A stretch of 64,000 nucleotides of DNA from Candidatus Poribacteria bacterium (GTDB lineage: Bacteria > Poribacteria > WGA-4E > PCPOR2b), in contig OZ244042.1 in the NCBI GenBank assembly GCA_965215015.1, forward strand, positions 2,400,001-2,464,000, written 5' to 3'. The notes under the pieces were generated by a model. It had not been told where the DNA came from. It saw only the letters and a list, made by a program, of their open reading frames with translations, and made no database searches. A program made the position numbers and the translations under genes. Below, one piece after another: positions 59,347 to 64,000 of this stretch (within the stretch, counting starts at the first letter, position 1; each line of letters begins with the position of its first letter).

Positions 59347-60789
59347 ATGGCAACTCTTAAAGGCGTTATTCGAGACAGTGTTTCGGGTGCCTCCGTCGAG
59401 GCGAAAGTCCATGTCCTGACCAGTAGCGGTCGTTTTGTCCATCCGGCTGATAGTATCCTGAAGATTGGGCCGGGCGACCCATTTTTCTATTGTTCGGGGG
59501 AGTTTAGCGTGGACGTGCCACGTGGTTCGACAGACATCGTGGTTGAACGTGGGACGGAGTACGAACCCCTTAGGAAGGTTGTTTCAATGCCCGCGAAGGG
59601 GGCGATTGAAGTCGAGCTGCATCTCAAACGGTGGGCAGACCTTCCATCGCAGGGATGGTATCCTGGGAATACACATCTCCACTACAACGAGGAGGAGGCT
59701 ATGCCCGATGATCGGTTGCGGCTTGATCCAAAGGTCCACGATTTGAATGTGACTGTTATCAGCATCCTGCAGCGAGGTGAAATACCCTATGCTAGCAATA
59801 AGTATCCGCTCGGATTCATGACCGATTATTCGACCGCCCACCATCTAGTGGATTGCGGCGAGGAGAACCGCCACAACTCCCGTCACGGCGGTGGGTCTGG
59901 GCATGTCATGTTCTTGCACATCAAGAATTTGGTTGAGCCTGTCAGTCGCGGCGACCTCGTCAGCAACTTTGACCCCGACTATCCACCGATCTGTTACGCC
60001 TGTGACGACGCTAAACGACAGGGAGGCATCGTGTTGTGGTGCCACAACGGACGGGGAATGGAAGCACCGGTGGCGGCAGCATTAGGAAAGTTGGATGCCT
60101 TTAATCTGTTCGATCCCTCTTGGAAAGACCTCGAATATGACATCTGGTATCATCTGCTTAACTGCGGCGTTTCACTGCCTGCATCAACCGGGACGGATTG
60201 GTTCATCTGTGCAAACAACCGCGTCTATGTCCAAACCGATGGCGAATTTACCTATGAAAACTGGTTGAGGGGTTTGCAGGCGGGACGCACCTTTATCACG
60301 AATGGACCGGCCCTATTTCTGAACCTCGATGGAAATACACCCGGCAGCACTATCGAATCGCCGAATGGGCATCCTCGCACGATGTCGGGGCAAATCGCGT
60401 GGCAGTCGTACTACCCGCTCAACCGCGTTGAATTGGTTCACAACGGGGCAGTCACACAAACGGTGTCACTCGACGAGGTAAGACAGGGTGGGGAATGGAC
60501 GTTTGACCTCAGGATCGAAACCGATGGCTGGGTCGCGGCACGCGCCTTCGGAGAAGCCCGTGACAGCTTTGCACAACCGATTTATGCACACACAAGTCCC
60601 ATCTATATCGGCATAGGTCTCCCTGCCGACATCGTGCATGGGTCAGCAGCGTTCTTTGTCCGCTCGATTGATAGTGCGATGGAGATAGTGAAGCGGGATT
60701 GGCGGTTTACAAAAGATACACAGCGGGCAGAAGTCCTACACCTATTCAACGAAGGACGAAAAGTTTACGCAAACTTAGCAGGGCTTTAG
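59347..60789 (+). CDS. CehA/McbA family (PHP-like) metallohydrolase
   Basis: ERGTEY, GNTHLH, STGTDW, GRTFITNGP and AHTSPIY; ATG 59347 with GAGGA RBS. Confidence 0.8.
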   Translation: MATLKGVIRDSVSGASVEAKVHVLTSSGRFVHPADSILKIGPGDPFFYCSGEFSVDVPRGSTDIVVERGTEYEPLRKVVSMPAKGAIEVELHLKRWADLPSQGWYPGNTHLHYNEEEAMPDDRLRLDPKVHDLNVTVISILQRGEIPYASNKYPLGFMTDYSTAHHLVDCGEENRHNSRHGGGSGHVMFLHIKNLVEPVSRGDLVSNFDPDYPPICYACDDAKRQGGIVLWCHNGRGMEAPVAAALGKLDAFNLFDPSWKDLEYDIWYHLLNCGVSLPASTGTDWFICANNRVYVQTDGEFTYENWLRGLQAGRTFITNGPALFLNLDGNTPGSTIESPNGHPRTMSGQIAWQSYYPLNRVELVHNGAVTQTVSLDEVRQGGEWTFDLRIETDGWVAARAFGEARDSFAQPIYAHTSPIYIGIGLPADIVHGSAAFFVRSIDSAMEIVKRDWRFTKDTQRAEVLHLFNEGRKVYANLAGL

Positions 60790-60889
60790 GGATTGCTCGC
60801 TTAATTGAGGAAATTAGGTGAGGGGTGTTAGAAAATAACTGAGGCGTGCTCATAAATAGGACCTGATGTGTATACCCCTTCATATCCCT

Positions 60890-61270
60890 TAACGGGTAGG
60901 GTTGGGGCTCCCAACCCGTTGGACTTGGAAACCGAGCCCCTACAATTGGCCAAGGCAATCTTGCCGAAGCGAGCAAGGACACGCATTGAATAATGAGCAC
61001 CTCTCAAATAAATAACCCTGTTCGTAGTAGCGCAATTCATTGCCCGTTTGTTCCTACGCGTTTGTTGCTATCCATGCCCTCCGCTAAAGCCGCGATCCAA
61101 CGCTTTTTTCATTCATGTCAATTGGCGGAGATTTGCGGAGGTATTTTTCAATCATGAATCCGCGCGAATCTTCGCTAATTGCTATTCACACGCGCCGACA
61201 GATTTTCCCGAACGTTCAATCGTTTCTCAATCCGTGTCCTCTGTTTAATCCGTAATTCAGACAATGATTA
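60890..61270. repeat. REP and AATCCG-type intergenic repeats
   Basis: gtagggg..gcccctac pair; tttaatccgt.attcagacaat shared with ~51520. Confidence 0.6.
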
Positions 61271-61305
61271 TGTACACTCCTTGCTTAATTCATTCCAACT
61301 CAGGT

Positions 61306-62667
61306 TTAAGCACGTGCTTCTTCAGGAGAAACCCGCCGCTGCCCACTCGCTTGCGGCGGCGCAATTTCAATAGTTGGTGCCGCTTCTCCTGCTTCAATCA
61401 TGCGTCGGATAAGACGATCTCGCATCACCGCAGCAACCTCCTGATGCGCCTCTCGTCCGATGAGATTTGCCAACTCATACGGATCTGCCTGTAGATCATA
61501 GAGGGACTCCTCGATATACAGCTCTGATGCTGCGCCCTGTGCGCCGCGTCCCCCCGGCGCAGCAACACCGTACTTCCATCGGTGTGTGCGGACAGCGCGT
61601 CCTACCTGTGCCTCACTTACCTGAACAAAAACCTCCTCGGGCCACCCCTCCGTTTGACCTCTTGTCAGTGGAAGGATTGAACGTCCTTGCATCTCTTCAG
61701 GCACGGGAATCCCTGCAGCATCGAGAAGCGTTGGTGGTAAGTCAACAAGACTGACCAGCTGTTGCAGCTGCCCTCTACCATTGAAACCGGGCCCATGCAG
61801 TGCTGTTGGAACACGGATGGAACTTTCGTGGCAGGAACGTTTATATTCCGCATTTCGTGTCTTGAAGTGACAACCGTGATCCGATGTAAAGAGCAGAATC
61901 GTGTTATCAAGCAGGTTAAGACTCTTGAGGGCGTCCAGTACTCTGCCGAGCCCCTCATCAAGACGTTTGACCATACCGTAATAACCGGCAATGTGCTGAT
62001 GTGTTGAGCCACCCAACGCGGCGAGATCCGGCGGAATCCATCTTCCCGTGTAACGTTCACGATAGCCATCGGGCGGCGGGTAATCATCAAGGTGATTCTG
62101 ATGGTGCGGTTCGATGTATGAGGTGAACAGGTAAAATGGATCACCTTGGTGTGCGTCAATGTAGCGAATCATGGCATCGGTAACGGCATCCACACGATAG
62201 CCGGGGAGTTTGACAGGTTGGTTATCATTATTGTAGAGAACGGTGTGATAGGCGTCGGAGGTAAATTCAAGCACATTGGAGGCCAGCCAATATTCATAAC
62301 CCCCACGCGCGGACTCAGGGACGGCTCCCTCAGTGCCCCTATCGTAGAGATGCCACTTGCCGATGTAACCAGTTCTGTAGCCATTTTCACGAAAATGGTG
62401 GGCAAGCGTCTTCAGATTTGACGACAATGGGATACCGTTTCGGTAACAGCCCGTTTCAGTGGCGTAAAGCCCAGTCTGCAAACAAGACCGGGCAGGGCCA
62501 CAAACAGGCTGGCATGTGAAGGAGTGGTAGACGTGCGTGCCTTGTCGTGCCATCCGATCAAAATTCGGCGTCAAATCCAACGGATTGCCGTGGATGCCGG
62601 TTGTGTCCCACCGTTGCTGGTCTGTGAAAAACACGATTACATTAGGCTGATCCGAAGTTCTTGCCAT
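61306..62667 (-). CDS. Cys-type sulfatase
   Basis: PNVIVFFTDQ, CGPARSCLQTG, GKWH and TSDHG. Confidence 0.95.
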   Translation of the reverse strand: MARTSDQPNVIVFFTDQQRWDTTGIHGNPLDLTPNFDRMARQGTHVYHSFTCQPVCGPARSCLQTGLYATETGCYRNGIPLSSNLKTLAHHFRENGYRTGYIGKWHLYDRGTEGAVPESARGGYEYWLASNVLEFTSDAYHTVLYNNDNQPVKLPGYRVDAVTDAMIRYIDAHQGDPFYLFTSYIEPHHQNHLDDYPPPDGYRERYTGRWIPPDLAALGGSTHQHIAGYYGMVKRLDEGLGRVLDALKSLNLLDNTILLFTSDHGCHFKTRNAEYKRSCHESSIRVPTALHGPGFNGRGQLQQLVSLVDLPPTLLDAAGIPVPEEMQGRSILPLTRGQTEGWPEEVFVQVSEAQVGRAVRTHRWKYGVAAPGGRGAQGAASELYIEESLYDLQADPYELANLIGREAHQEVAAVMRDRLIRRMIEAGEAAPTIEIAPPQASGQRRVSPEEARA

Positions 62668-62772
62668 GCCGCTATCTCTCCATTTCCTATTACCGTTAAA
62701 GTCAATTGTACTTCGTTGCGTTTCGCATTCGACAAAGACGCGATCTAAAGCATCAGTTAATTTTCTGGGGCG

Positions 62773-63243
62773 CTACACGCTCTCAATTTTTCGTGTAGAA
62801 AGTTTATCTTTCAAACTGGATCCATTTAATCCTTCGAGGAGCCCAGTCAAAAAGTGCCTATACAGGTGCTCTAATAAAAAAAAGAAGATTTCCTGTTGAA
62901 CGTTTTCTGATACGCGATCCTGTGACCCAAGCAGCCGGGATATTTCTTTTTCGGCTTCATGCTCAAGTTCTGGATATTTACTGATCACAGACGCATGAAG
63001 ATTCTCAAACCATTTTCCAGTATCGCTCATCGGATCTAATGTTGCATTAAGGAAATCTGTAATCTGTAAAAGAATCGGATCTATGCATTCTTCTATGAAA
63101 TTTTGATTGACTCGGGTTAACTCAAAAAGCCAAAGCAAACTATCAGCCACTTCCGACCAATACTGAATTGAAAAATCAGGGGTTCTAAGATTGTCACGTG
63201 GGTCTCTCTGTCTTTTCGGCGGGGGTGCGCCCTGCTGTGCCAT
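62773..63243 (-). CDS. Hypothetical protein (AT-rich ORFan-like)
   Basis: 156-aa ORF with AGGAGG RBS; no recognisable motif. Confidence 0.65.
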   Translation of the reverse strand: MAQQGAPPPKRQRDPRDNLRTPDFSIQYWSEVADSLLWLFELTRVNQNFIEECIDPILLQITDFLNATLDPMSDTGKWFENLHASVISKYPELEHEAEKEISRLLGSQDRVSENVQQEIFFFLLEHLYRHFLTGLLEGLNGSSLKDKLSTRKIESV

Positions 63244-63327
63244 AATGGCCTCCTGTTGTTGTAGGGATATGACTTCATCGTTGACATATTCTTAAACCTA
63301 AAAGTGAGTATATTATCCATCCCGTGG

Positions 63328-64000
63328 TTAATCAAAGCATTCTCCAAGACTTTGCAGGAACAAGCGACCGACATCAAGGTTATACGCAAAATCGCTTGCT
63401 CTCCACGAACTGTTATAACCGATGACCGGCACTTCGCTCTCATGGCGTGAACCGTGAGATCTGATAGCGACGGGTATCTCCGTCTCGGCGAGTTCACCAA
63501 AGACGGTATCTCGATCTGCGAGGACGAAAATATCCCCAATCCGTTCCGGATGGAGCCGAAATTGACGCGCCGCTTCGTTTGAAGCGTAAATCTCCTCGAC
63601 ACCCGGTGCAGCGCGTAATGTTTCTATTGCCTTTGGAAGGTCCGCTGCCTTCTGTAGAAATACATACGCAGCCCCTCCCAAATTACCATGATGTGCAACG
63701 TAGCGGTCTTTAATGATAGGGATAGCACTTGACGGGATACCATAATCGGTCAACCAACGCCCCGGATCGAGTGCGCGGGTCTTTGGCAACATCGCGTGAT
63801 CCGCGGTGATATAAATCTCTCGTTCCGGGTTATCGTCCACAATCTCTCCAATGAGTCGATCCAGCTCAGCAATATGCCGCAGCGAATGTTCCTCCGTTGG
63901 GGCGTACTTGTGCTGAGTCCAATCTGTCGTTGAGCAGTAGGCGAGTGGTGGGTCATACTTACCTAGAACCTCGCGCAACGCCCGCAGCAACCACCAATTA
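63328..64000 (-). CDS. Alkaline phosphatase-superfamily enzyme, phosphonoacetate hydrolase-like, 5'-truncated by window edge
   Basis: STTDWTQHK, ITADHAM, DRYVAHH, RIGD and RSHG; frame open to the edge. Confidence 0.8.
   Translation of the reverse strand, partial: NWWLLRALREVLGKYDPPLAYCSTTDWTQHKYAPTEEHSLRHIAELDRLIGEIVDDNPEREIYITADHAMLPKTRALDPGRWLTDYGIPSSAIPIIKDRYVAHHGNLGGAAYVFLQKAADLPKAIETLRAAPGVEEIYASNEAARQFRLHPERIGDIFVLADRDTVFGELAETEIPVAIRSHGSRHESEVPVIGYNSSWRASDFAYNLDVGRLFLQSLGECFD

Overview
Bacterial chromosomal region of about 50 genes. It is dominated by carbohydrate/sugar-acid and organosulfur catabolism: uronate dehydrogenase-like, lactonase, aldolase, UxuA-like, two enolase-superfamily dehydratases, two Cys-type sulfatases and a PhyH dioxygenase. 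It also carries rpsU, katG with a Fur/PerR regulator, smpB-ssrA, TonB and a TonB-dependent receptor, and a type I restriction-modification operon with a YgjP/M48 peptidase. Gene content resembles Candidatus Poribacteria-like sponge symbionts (inference, not tested). Four features stand out. (1) The tmRNA gene (38400-38988, tag ADEELALAA) is interrupted in its T-loop by a 234-nt ORF-less group I intron (38741-38974) whose core helices can be read from the sequence. (2) An Rpn/PD-(D/E)XK nuclease gene has an internal Shine-Dalgarno-led small C-terminal gene (RpnS-type antitoxin) that has been tandemly duplicated as a free-standing diverged copy, and the whole unit lies between IS-like inverted ends with a TAA duplication. 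(3) A consensus promoter drives a possible 6S-like structured RNA at about 6138-6385. (4) Intergenic DNA is filled with mosaic elements made of shared GTAG-REP modules capped by ends resembling several IS families. All product calls come from motif recognition by eye; no database searches or folding programs were run.
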